DNA of 62,157 nucleotides, the filler included, from Catajapyx aquilonaris (taxonomy: Eukaryota): NCBI GenBank assembly GCA_000934665.2. It is 3 parts of 3 records of this genome, joined end to end, with 100 filler letters (N's around TTAATTAATTAA, not from the genome) between each part and the next. Parts side by side here need not be neighbours in the genome. Positions count along the whole stretch, not along the records: positions 41,521 to 62,157 come from KZ539499.1; 2 more parts are not named here. One strand, 5' to 3'. Shown here in pieces: positions 50,549-62,157 of this stretch. The notes beneath the pieces were generated by a model. The model was given only the letters and a program-made list of their open reading frames with translations, did not search any database and was not told the origin of the DNA. Both the position numbers and the translations under genes were made by a program. Every line of letters starts with the position of its first letter. The first letter of the stretch is position 1.

Positions 50549-53500
50549 ATGCAGCAGCTGCGTCGTACATTGCATCCGGAGTACCTGCGTCTTGTCCTGA
50601 ACACGACCAGAAGGTTTCTGGCGTCGTCTGCTTGTGCTGGAGGAAGAGATGATGGCGGGTGGCAATGGGGCAGTGGCAGGAGGAGTCACGTTGTGACCGT
50701 CGCAGCAGGAGTTGGGCTCGGGGTGGGATGCGGTCTGGCCCTGCATGCCATCTTACAGGGCAGGTGACTTCATTGTTAACACCCTGTTTGTTGCAATGGC
50801 ATGAACTGCTATGGAAATGAGAGTTTCAGTAAATATGCCCTGGCATACCGTACTTTGCGCTTAACATGACATAAATGTCGCCTCTCAGGGTTCCCTACAG
50901 TAATGTTAGGCGGTTAAAATTTTCACGAGTACCATGTCAAGTGGCGTGAACATACAACACATTAAAAGTTGAAAAACTGCATTTTCAACTGTGCACCTAT
51001 TCACAGGTACAAAAACACCTGTTTTTATTTGGAGATTTATAGGAATTTTCAATGTTCGCCAATTTTAATATTAGAGATCTCAAGTTATTCATAAAACACC
51101 ATTGCATTCTACTGTGCGTTCACCAAAGCTATCAGCCTAACACTTGATTGAATCAACAAACAGTTTGTAGCCTGTAAAAATGATACCAAAATAACAGATC
51201 TGATTCTCACCATGCCATTCTAAACATTAATAATTTTAAAATAATCATGTCTATGGCATGTGACAGATAAAAGACATCCCTTCTGTAAAAACCATATTTT
51301 GATCTTTCAATTGAGATAATATTTTGCAACTTTTTGTCACTATTCACCCTGTATAATGGTACTGATTTTACGAAAAAGCATGAACTACTAAAAGTGAAGG
51401 CGGCTAGTTCACTAGTGCGAGTTGGAAAATGTATTAGACACATGGCATAAAAACAGTGTTACAAATTTAAAACAATGAACATATTCTTACCTTCCTGTAG
51501 CTTGTGACCAGAGCTCCATAAAATTCAGACACAGTAATATCATAAAATTTATGTAGCCTTAATGTCACTAAATTTTTCCACCCTGTCATGGGAAAATATT
51601 ACATTCAAATGATAGCTAACAAACATTGGATAATTCATTTGAGTGTACCACTAACACTAGTTTGGGTAGCTCTGTAAATATATTGCCTTTCTGTACATTT
51701 ATCAGATGCTGAAGCAGCTCAAATTCACCCTCAGCTGGCAGGGAATCCACGTTCGGACCTCCCTTCATACTCACTCTCAGAAGTAAGCCGTCATAGCTCC
51801 ATACCTGACCGTATATGGGTCACCTACAGGCACGGAGTATATGATGTCACTGACTTTGTCCCAGAGCACCCTGGTGGAGACAAGATAATGATGGGTGCTG
51901 GTGGGTCTGTAGAACCCTTCTGGGCTCTCTATGCTGTTCACCAAACACCAGAAACTCTCACTATGCTGGAAGGGTTCAGGATAGGCAACCTGAAGGAAGA
52001 TGACGTGGTAATAGACACAACAGATCCGTATTCAAATGACCCAAAGAGACACCCAGCACTGATTGCTAGATCCGAGAAGCCATACAATGCAGAGCCACCA
52101 CTCGAACTGCTCACGGAAAGCTTCACAACTCCCAAGTTAGTCTGCTGCATTTGCTCAGCTTCCCTCTTCCAATTTCTCGCAGCTTATATCAATATACTGG
52201 AGTGTGCACTGCAAGGTTAACAGATTTTTACAACGTACAACATACCTATTTTATATCTAACCCAATATAGGCCTACTCACTAATGATTTTTAGACAACAC
52301 TGAACTTGTATCTCGGAGCAGTAACAAAATATCGATTTCAACTCCAGTGAATCCAAAACTGCCAAAGAAACCACAGTGAAGGGCAGTTTATTTTAAAATC
52401 TACAGTCTGTACTATATTACAAAGTAAAAATAGGCCTTTAAAAAATCCCCGTATATGGGAAGTTGTGTGTGTAATTTTTAGACCTACTTTTTAATACCCT
52501 TCCTCTAGATTGAGGGTCTTTCTGGCCTTATGCTAACATTTAATTTTACACCCCACATAGTGAGTTATTCTACGTGCGCAACCATCTCCCTGTACCTGAA
52601 GTTGATGCTGCTGATTACACCCTGGAGATTTCTGGATTGGGAGTCCGCTCGAAGACGTTCACTCTCAATCAGTTGAAGAAACTTCCCAAGCACACAATCA
52701 CTGCTACCATCCAATGTGCCGGAAATCGTCGCTCAGAAATGAACAAGGTGGCCCAGGTGAAGGGCCTTGAGTGGGGTGCTGCTGCCTTGGGTACTGCCAC
52801 TTGGGGGGGATGCCGTCTGGTGGATGTTCTCAAGATGGCAGGACTGAGCAGAACTCCAGAGGAGGCTAACCATGTGCAATTTGAAGGGTTGGATCTGGAT
52901 CCATCAGGAAAACCATATGGAGCATCAGTAACCATCCAGAGAGCACTAGATCCATCCAATGATGTGATTTTAGCATATGAAATGAATGGAGAGCCACTCC
53001 CCAGGGATCACGGATTTCCAGTCAGGGCTGTGGTACCTGGAGTGGTTGGAGCCAGGAATGTCAAATGGTTATGTACGTGCCTCAAGTGTAGACCATGTTA
53101 TCATTTGCTTTCCCTCTAGTATTTTGAAAAGTATTCAGTGAGAAAATTTATATTGAAAGATGCTGATTTGGAAATCAAAATATACCTTGCAAAGCAGTCT
53201 TAGTGAACTATTTAACAAATCACTATACATGTTCATGCATTGACCTAGGAATCAATGTAATCTGTAAGCTCTAGTCTTGCCCCAAGGGTAAGTTACCTCT
53301 GCTGCATAGACTAGGGCTTTGCTTTGCTCTTATCAGCACTTGTCTCAGCATTGGGTTATTGTTGTGTTTGTGCTGATCCAACCAATAACTGCTGAAGGCC
53401 TAAAATTGTGGGCCGACTTCTTCTGTTCTACCTGTCAAACTTTCATAGAAAACAAAAGTTGGTGAGCATTCAGTGGGTACAGGAATTATTAGAAATATCA

Positions 53501-54383
53501 GACCATCGTTACAGTTCTGCTGTGAACACAAGGTATAATTATTGAAACCTAATAGCATGTTTTGTTTGGGTTAGCTCGAGTGGTGATATCTTCAGAGGAG
53601 AGTGACTCCCATTGGCAGCAAGGAGACTACAAGGGATTTAATCCATCAGTCAACTGGGACACAGTGGACTTCTCCAAGTCACCAGCCATTCAAGAACTTC
53701 CGGTAGTGTCAGCCATATGTGACCCTGTGTCTGGGGCCACTCTCCCAAGAGATAAAGATGGGATGGTACCTGTGAGAGGCTATGCTTGGAGTGGTGGGGG
53801 GCAGGAGATTATTAGGGTTGACCTCAGTTCCGACCAAGGAAAGACCTGGGTGTCTGCAAACTTGGAGATTGACAAAGTAACTTCCCAGAAGAAGCCACCA
53901 TATCACTGGGCCTGGACATTGTGGACAGCAAGGATTCCTGTCCCACCCAATGCTAAGGAGGTAATTTTGTGATTACTCTCTCTCTCTCTCATTGGTTTTT
54001 TCTCACATTAATTTCATACTTGCTGTGCATTGGTGAGTCAGAGGTATCGCTCTACATCTAATAGTAGAGGTGCATGAACTTTAAGTCTTGTGCTTCATTA
54101 AAGGTAGACCATGGAACTAGGATTTATCCCAGTCATTAGCTGTAAGCCACTGGCTGTAGCCCTCCATAAAATCGAGACATAACATAAGCATGAAATTTCT
54201 AGCTCACTAGTAATAGTCACTCAATCATTGAAAATGATTTCTTTGTTTGTCAAGGTGGAGATATGGTGCAAAGCAACAGATTCATCTTACAATGCACAGC
54301 CAGAGTCCTTTGAAAACATCTGGAACCTGAGAGGTGTCCTTGGAAATGCATACCATCGAATCAAAGTGAAGTTCATGTCCTGA
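50549..54383 (+). CDS. SUOX: Mitochondrial sulfite oxidase; exons ~50549-50760, 51706-52135, 52561-53072, 53575-53960, 54255-54383
   Basis: The protein has a presequence plus TM segment, a cytochrome b5 domain (VYDVTDFVPEHPGG) and FYVRNH. It also has the Moco cysteine motif QCAGNRR, DHGFPVR.VVPG.VGARNVKW, RGYAWSGGG and IWNLRGVLGNAYHR. Confidence 0.95.
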
Positions 54384-54547
54384 ATGTACCTGAATTCCAG
54401 AGATTTATTTTATTTTTTATGCAACTGGTTTATCATATGTACTCAATCAAGGATCAGTCAACACAAATACTCAGTCTGATCAAATTCTTGCACAAACAAT
54501 AAAAGCATATGTTGATAATGGGTTGTTTTAGTTGTAAACAGCAGCTG

Positions 54548-56456
54548 TTAGTTTATTGCTGTCACTGGTGTGAGGGTGATGAGAGTATTGCTGCTGTCAG
54601 CCAAATCACTGAGTGACACACGCCCTTGCTGTCTGATGAATTTAGCCACCTTTTCAAGCTCCTCCTGAGATATGTAGATGAACTTTCCTCGGTCATCAAT
54701 CACACCTGTGAAGACAGAAAAGCATTTTGCTTACCAGAAGTTTGTTTGAAGTGATCAGAGCATTGTGATGAAACCTTTCTATTAATGACTCCCTCCCTCC
54801 AACCTCAGTTTTCCCCCCTTTTGACAGTCTTGCACCATTCTTCAATCTTATGCTGACTGAACATCAACGGTATTTCAAATGGTGACATTTTGATGGAAAA
54901 TATGAGATAATGAATAAACAGTGTTCTCTAGCTGTGCATTCCATATCTGCATAAACATTCAACTGCTCACTATCTCAAATGTGGGTGTCCGCTTACAGTT
55001 ACATGTTATTAGTTCAGCATGTTCATAAAGTGAAGGAGTAACCACTGCATGACTAGTTAAGGCCCAAGGAAACTTATATCATATTATTGCTGTTATTTGA
55101 CCTTTCCCAGGTTTCCACATCCCATTCTGCATATTCCCCATGAAATACGCTAAGTAAATCCTTGCCAACCAACATATCTCTGGGAATCCCGCGATATTTG
55201 CATGAAGTCTAATTAGTTATTTCAGAGTGTAGAACAAGACTCACCTGTTAATCTCCCTTCAGCTATGAGAAGCTGCAACCTATCAATTGCTTCTTGTGTC
55301 TTGAGCTTGAACCTTGCAGCTAAATCTTCAAGTAGCACTACCTTGTTACACTTGATGTAGTCAACAAATGCTTCAAGTAGATTTTCTTCTTCAGTGCCTT
55401 CCACTCCCTCTTCCCCCTGGCCCTCCTCTTCTACTACAAATGCTTCTCTCAGCTTCAGGTATTCCTCCTCATCCCTCTTTCTCTTCTCCTCTCTCTCCTT
55501 GGCTTCCTCCTCTGCCTTCAGCGCCTCTTCCAGCTTAGCAGCCTCATCTCTTTGCTGTCTGTCCCTGTCCTCCCGCTCTCGCCTCTTTTTCCTTTGCTCT
55601 CTCTCCTGCTCCTCTGCCTCTCTGTTTGCCTTCTTTTCTGCTTTTGCTTCTAGTTTAGCCTGCTTCTTGGCTCCTACTCGTGATTCCTTTAATAATGGAG
55701 TTGTACTGTCAGGGGAGCTCGCTTTCTCCTGCTGCTGGGTTGCATCATCTGAGTCATCTTCAGCGTGTCTGGTAGCTTCATTACGGCGAGCTTGGCGCAG
55801 ACGTGCTCTGGCACCTTGGCCTCCTCCTGCATGCCTAGGAGCTGCTCTGGGACGAGGATCATCACCTGCACCTGCTGCCGCCGCCTGAAGTTGTTCAGCA
55901 GTAGGAGGACCACGGCGCTTTGGGACTGAAAGTTAATGTGCACATTACCAAGTCAGCTTAAAATGCATTACATTAAAAACTAGTTCAGGGTCATTGTCAT
56001 TTTTAAACACATGGCCAAAGGTAGATGCACTAATCTTATAGGTGCCTCACCATAAGGTTGTAAAAGAACCTTTCGATTATTGATATTGGTTCCAACTGAG
56101 ATAAATTTTAGTCCCGGGGCCTAATACGGTCCCCAATCGAGGCATCTGCATTTGAAAACCATACCCTTGACATTTTCCCTAACTTCATCTGAGTTTGTAG
56201 CATCATTCATTAAACTTTTTCCAGGGGTTACCAAACATCGGCTGCACAACTGAAGCAAAGGCTTTTAAATGGTTTAGCATCAACTTTGAGGGATTCAATG
56301 AGCACATTCAAGTCACATTGTCCATCAGTATGAAGAGCAAGTGAATGCATATCATCCCAACTCACTTCTGTGCTTTTTGCCAAGGACGAACCAGGCCAGT
56401 CCGACCAGCAGAGCCAGAGAGGCCACGATCAGACCCCAGAGTACCACGTCGTCCAT
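54548..56456 (-). CDS. DDRGK1: DDRGK domain-containing protein 1 (UFMylation adaptor); exons 56366-56456, 55245-55925, 54548-54705
   Basis: N-terminal TM helix, a charged coiled coil, and the PCI-like end [15 protein letters not shown]...FIRQQGRVS. Confidence 0.95.
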
Positions 56457-56729
56457 AGCGGTCAGAAGCAACCAGAAATCGAAGCAGCTGGACGTGAGCT
56501 GGACTCAGGTTGAAAGTTTGCAGCTGGACACGGGCGCAGCCATCTTTTGTGCCTAATGCAAATGATGAATCAAATCACATAATGACGATTCCACCTGTTT
56601 TGCCTACTAAATAAAATAACGCGTGGTTTTAAGGTAAAGAGAAAGGTTTTTAATCGAGTGTAAATGTGTCAGTTTATTCAACGTCACTTCCCGCTTCCCA
56701 GTTGCCTACCTGCCTGATGGTGTTCCAAA

Positions 56730-58489
56730 ATGGCGGCGTTGTGGTGTCGACTGTTTGCTTTTCTCCTGCCCTTGCTTTGCGCCCGGTCTGTCTTGGGGCT
56801 GTATTTCCACATCGGAGAGACGGAGAGGAAATGCTTCATCGAGGAGATACCGGATGAAACCATGGTCATTGGTACGAAGGGCTTGAGCTGGCCTTCAGCG
56901 CCGGTTTCCAAAAGACACGTCACTTTTATCGCTGCAGACATGTTCATGTTCATTGAACTCGTATTGAGACTAATCCATTTTCATATTAGGGATCATGCAC
57001 CTTGCTGGTAAAATGAGGGCATGCAATGACGTTAATTATGATTTAGTATGTTTGCAGCTTAGAAAAGTAGCTGTATGTGGCAGGTAGAATGTTTCAAGGG
57101 AGAGGAGGCAGACCTGCCCTTAGCTTGTTGCATATATTATTGCTTGGAAGATTCAGTTCCTCTTCTGGCTAAATATTAGCGAAAATTATCAAAAGACTGT
57201 GTTTCTGAATGTGACGATCAATTTATGTGAATCTAAGGGCCCTTCATAATTAACAATAGCTTGATCAGCAGGTCTGTGTTCTCAGATGTTAAGAAAACAA
57301 TTTATATTCACATTTATGGATGTAAAGAGTAAGGTAGTCACTATGCCTTCCTACTTTTTAGGAAACTACAAGGTTCAACTTTATGAACCACGAACTGGTG
57401 GCTTCATGCCGTCAAGCCCTGGAATCGGCATGCACGTGGAAGTCAAAGATCCTGACGATAAGGTGATCCTTTCCAAAGTGTACAGCTCAGAGGGACGCTT
57501 TACGTTCACATCCCATGCTCCTGGGGAACATGTCATCTGCCTGTATTCCAACAGCACCAAATGGTTCAGCGGAACTCAGCTTGTAAGTATGGAAAGCACG
57601 ATGCTGTAACTTGTGTACTTAAAGCATTTTCTTTTTTAATTGCAGCGAGTACATCTTGATATCCAAGTGGGTGAGCATGCTGTGGATTATGCTAACGTTG
57701 CACAGAAGGAAAAGCTGAGTGACCTCCAGCTGAGAGTCAGGCAGCTGTTGGATCAAGTGGAGCAGGTCACCAAGGAGCAGAACTATCAGAGGGTGTGTGC
57801 CAAAATGTCCTTAATCCTTTAAGGATGGGTCCCTTTTGTTATGTTCTTGTTTCGTTGGGGTTGAGTAATCAAAAAATTCACCGAACCCTTGGTAGGTAAT
57901 ATACATTTTTAAACGCGCATACACATTAAGACATCACAACAAAAACATTGAATACAGGCAACTCCTGACTTACATCTGGACTTGGATTTAAAATAAAATT
58001 TTATGGCATTTACAGAACAAACTGGCGAAGTATAAGATGCCCTCATTTACTAGAAATCGTACATTAAATTAATGGCAACTCTAAGCTGCCTGCCTAGACT
58101 CATTCCATTTACATATCAGACATTTTAACCCCTTGTGGGGAATATACTATACTGTATTCCCATTTGCAGTGCCCCTCAATTTAATATCATGGTGACTCGA
58201 GCATCAATGTACGAGGTACAGTACAGCGTACTGTATGAGTTGCAGAAAATCTACTTAAAACATGTTTTATGTCTGATCAATATCTTAGTTTCATAGGACA
58301 GTAGTTGTTACTGTATATCCTTTTTCTCTGAACTTGTAGTACCGAGAAGAACGATTCAGGCTGACAAGTGAAAGCACCAACCAGCGAGTCCTGTGGTGGT
58401 CTGTGGCCCAGACAGGCATCCTTCTCATCATGGGCTACTGGCAGATGCGCCATCTCAAGAGTTTCTTTGAGGCTAAGAAGCTTGTGTAA
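56730..58489 (+). CDS. TMED9: p24/emp24 cargo receptor, alpha subfamily (TMED9/TMED4, Drosophila eclair); exons 56730-56871, 57362-57582, 57646-57792, 58340-58489
   Basis: Signal peptide, [21 protein letters not shown], a GOLD domain, a coiled coil, a TM segment and the C-terminus FFEAKKLV*. Confidence 0.95.
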
Positions 58490-58682
58490 TTGTTTTTCCA
58501 GCAGGGAGGAGGTCCCCCTACCAACAGGAAAGGAGAGTTGTACAGTGACAGGGATAATAATAAAGATTGGTTTCCACCCATTACATAAAAAATCCAATGG
58601 TTTATTTGTAATCTCACGCATTTCTCCGATTTCAGAGAGGCAGTTTCCATCAAAATACTAAGGTAATCAGAGAAGTTAAGTA

Positions 58683-59083
58683 CAGGTTGAGAATCCTTTA
58701 TATCCAGAAATGAAAACCTCCAGAATCAAAGTTTTTTTTAGTGCTGACATGATACACCACAAATAGAAAATTTCACGTAACAAGACTAATTATATAATTA
58801 TGTCCATACATGTAAAATAAAAATTTATGTAAAACTACCTTCAAGGTTTGTGTAACCTCTTATGATTTTTAATTTAAGTAGATCTAGTAATTAGGCTTAC
58901 TTCCCATCCCAGTGGATGGCTGATGCAAGCAGAGATAGCCAGATAGCTGTAGCGTTGCTTTGGTTCCTTCCCAATCAAACGAACTCCCCATTTTATGAAT
59001 GTAAAATGTTATGGCTCTACAAATATTCCAAAATCAGAAACACTTCTGGCTCCAAGCATTTTGGATCAAAGATTCTCAACCTG
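58683..59083. mobile_element. Tigger/pogo-type MITE
   Basis: Termini are TA|caggttgagaatc ... gattctcaacctg|TA. Confidence 0.75.
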
Positions 59084-61256
59084 TACAACCAAACCTGCAG
59101 TTTCGTTGTACAATATTGCTTTGAACATAGACAGGGTCACCCAGAATCCCTCAGGCAATAACAAATACACATGAATTTTGTCATTCCTCAAAAGCTGACT
59201 GGGCGTGATATCCCACTTCCTAAGGCATGTCTGAAGCTCATTGGGACAGACAATGATACAGTGGGAAATGCAGTGCAAGGCAGTGGTGAGTTTTAAAAAA
59301 GTCTTCTGAAAGGCCTCTTGAAGATGCTATTAAGGTATCCCTTGATTGATTCTGGATCACCCTGAGATATATTTCCTCACTGGGTCTGAGATTCTGTGTT
59401 CAAAATCCATTTACAGCATCTGCTACCTGAGAAGTACACCATTTAAAGCATAAAATTGTGATGTTAGTGTAAAAATTTAGAAGCCCACAATGTGAAAAAT
59501 AATTCTACTGTGATAAAAAATGGAGTGCCACAGGAATCACACGTATCATCATCAGGTAGCATATGTGAGGGGGAAAGAACAGTTTTGTGATGACTACACA
59601 ATTGTTACAGGATTTCACAATGCTAACAATATGGCAATTCATTGTACATGATATCATAATGAAACCTGAAAAAGCAGGTTTCCACGAATGTAAACATTTT
59701 TTGTTGTCTTTTACTCCAAAGAATTCTGTGACACGGAATCAAAGTGAATATCCTAGGGTGAATATATCTCTTGATATAGATTAATCACAGCTCTCTTCTC
59801 AGTAGGTACCCACAAATACTCACGAAATGAATTAATAATTGGTAAGAAGAGGCAATTAGTGGTCCCACAGAGAGGTGCATGCCAAAGGTCTTTTCATTAG
59901 TAGCATGCTTGGTCTGATTTTGCCAAGCAGCCACAGCACATTCGGCACACATGGAGGGCCACCACTCCATCTTACGGGGACATTCCGAGATAAAATTTAT
60001 GTGGTTGGGGCAACTTGGAGTGAATTATTGATGCTGATTAAAACGTCAGCAGTAGCACCTCGAAATCAGTCGATGGCGGCCCACAGCTCTAGTCCCAAGA
60101 CACATTCACTTTCATCCCATTCACAGGAGCATCAAGTTGCGAGATTCGCAGTCTCACTCTTACGCCAAAGAGAACATTAAAGGTGTTCCAAACCCACAGT
60201 GAGTTTTCATTAGTGGCCTTAAGCGCTTATTATGATGCAGTTACTTTAAGACTAGCAAAAATATCAGCTGCTAGTACCGTATTACCTCTCATAAAGCGGC
60301 ATGCCGGTGTAGTTGAGGTGGACCAGTTTTTCGAAATGCATGATCTGGTGGCTGTACCTGCATACCGGTATAAGGGGAGGTATTCCAGTATAAGACGAGG
60401 TTTTCATATATTAAGTTATTCGTTCCTAACTTGACATTTGCCTGAAATCGAAATTCAAGTCAAGGATATCGAAAAATACGGCACATTTTCTTAATAGGGT
60501 ACCCGTATCATGGATTGTTTTCAATTTCAGCGTCTGGCAATAATCCATATTTAAACAGTATGTTGGAGCAGGTCCCCTGTCAAAGCAGGCTGACGATGGG
60601 ATTGGTCACAGACTCTACATTTTTTATATGCATTGTGCAACAGAACTTGCATATTCTCACAGCCTGTACACTCGCCCATTTTCATTGTAAAATTATTTTT
60701 GTATGGTACCAGAAGCATTCAAAAAAATTGGGCAATGATCAGAATTACGGAAATCTACCTCGGTTCTTGTGACATGCCAGCCATCCCCGGGTTATACTGG
60801 CATGCCGCTTTATGAGAGGTAATATGGTATTAGACTGAATGGAAACGCCCATTCTGTCATCCTCAGACAAAGATTTGTAACTGCATCAGTCTAACGAGGC
60901 TTGACTCACTCAACCATTGTGTATTGCATGGACATGTTCTGCTAAAGATAGCAACATTTAAGCCCTGAATCGATGTCAATTTCCAGATCAACATATTGTG
61001 TACAACCCACTGGGAATCCCTGGCATTTGAGGTCAAGAATTGAACCCATTATTTAACATGTTAGATCCTCATGGAGTTGTTGAAAAGAGTATGTCTACAT
61101 TTAATATTATCAGCTGATGCTTTTATAATCTCTAAATGTGACAGTTTTTTTATAAGCAGCTTAAGGCCAAAAAATGAACTGAAACAATATCTTTGGAACA
61201 CACTGTGTATCCTTACACATATAAATAGAGTATTTCCGTATAAGTGAGGTTTACAG

Positions 61257-61736
61257 TCACGGCCCCATTGACTTGACGAAGGCTGATCTGGACAGAATTG
61301 CTCTGCTCCGAGCACCACCCCCAACACTCCTGGACCTTGCCCTAGCCGGTAACCTCAGTTGTACCCCTCCTTCCTCATAGAAGGATGGATCACCCCAAAC
61401 ATCTGTGTCGTCTGAAGCAGCAACAGATGCTCCTGAACTACCACCATCATCATCATCCATGGTGCCACCAACTGGAGTCTGATCATACAGTGACCCATGT
61501 CGTGACCTTCTTGTTGAGGATGACAATGCAATCTGGCAAGCAGAGGCTGGGCTCGGTATGGCCATCACATGACGGGCTGCCCCACCCCATCTTGCATGGT
61601 CCTCTGAATGGGTCCGCAACACTGAAGACCACTCATCAAGTTCAGATCGGGTGTGGGTTGCCAGACGAGATGGATGAGGATCACCTTTCTGGGACACACT
61701 CAGTTCACACAGATCAGACTCACGAACAATTGTGTT
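61257..61736 (-). CDS. Terminal exon of a rhotekin/anillin-family PH-domain protein; the rest of the gene lies beyond the window
   Basis: The acceptor ccccacag| opens a frame reading ...RLATHTRSELDEWSSVLRTHSEDHARWGGAARHVMAIPSP...RHGSLYD. This resembles the PH-domain C-terminal helix and the GSLY motif of rhotekin. Confidence 0.55.
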   Translation of the reverse strand, partial: NTIVRESDLCELSVSQKGDPHPSRLATHTRSELDEWSSVLRTHSEDHARWGGAARHVMAIPSPASACQIALSSSTRRSRHGSLYDQTPVGGTMDDDDGGSSGASVAASDDTDVWGDPSFYEEGGVQLRLPARARSRSVGGGARSRAILSRSAFVKSMGP

Positions 61737-62157
61737 CTGTGGGGATCACAAAGGTTGGATGTAATTTATTACAAGAACGATTACCTAGTTTTGCTTTGCA
61801 TCATTGAAAGTACAGAATTGCAAGCACAAAATTCACTGCCTGATTCAGGACCCCCCCCCCCCTTTTTTTTTTGTAACAGGCAGTTAGTGTAGATTGTTTG
61901 AATAAATATTTTCTACTTATGAAAAAAATAAATTATTCAAATTCGAACATCTTACGGCACAGTAATGCACACTACATTCACATTTCAATTAGCAGCTTGG
62001 AATCAGAATATCTTGCCTGGCCTTATTAAACTTGTGAAGTTAGGCAACAAACATTACCCTCACAATGGGGAACTAGCCTTGGTCTGGGATTTGGGATTTT
62101 TGTTCATAACTAGCTAGCCCATGCCCGTAAACATACATTCCATCACTCTGTTGCATC

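Noticed and set aside
55394..55888. Ser/Leu-rich 164-aa plus-strand ORF
   Set aside because: It is the antisense reading of the Glu/Arg-rich DDRGK1 coiled coil.

Overview
Gene-dense eukaryotic draft-assembly window from an arthropod, probably an insect, judged by the intact gustatory receptor, short GT-AG introns and four N-gaps. The left 21 kb is a duplicated, transposon-rich block. It holds three paralogous minus-strand C2H2 zinc-finger modules, one intact 7TM gustatory receptor plus a deleted pseudogene copy, a triple-nested MITE/hAT stack and a fold-back DNA-transposon remnant. The right part holds three successive head-to-head housekeeping pairs (SENP/Ulp1 with PEX1, a spermine/polyamine oxidase with sulfite oxidase, DDRGK1 with TMED9/eclair) and the last exon of a rhotekin-like gene. 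The most interesting feature is an antisense gene nested in the polyamine-oxidase intron. It encodes a protein of about 356 aa with a MyD88-like death domain fused to an Act1/CIKS-like SEFIR domain, preceded by a kappaB-like motif, and is a candidate adaptor for IL-17-like signalling. All exon models were derived by hand from splice signals and reading phase. All homology calls come from recognised motifs, not database searches.
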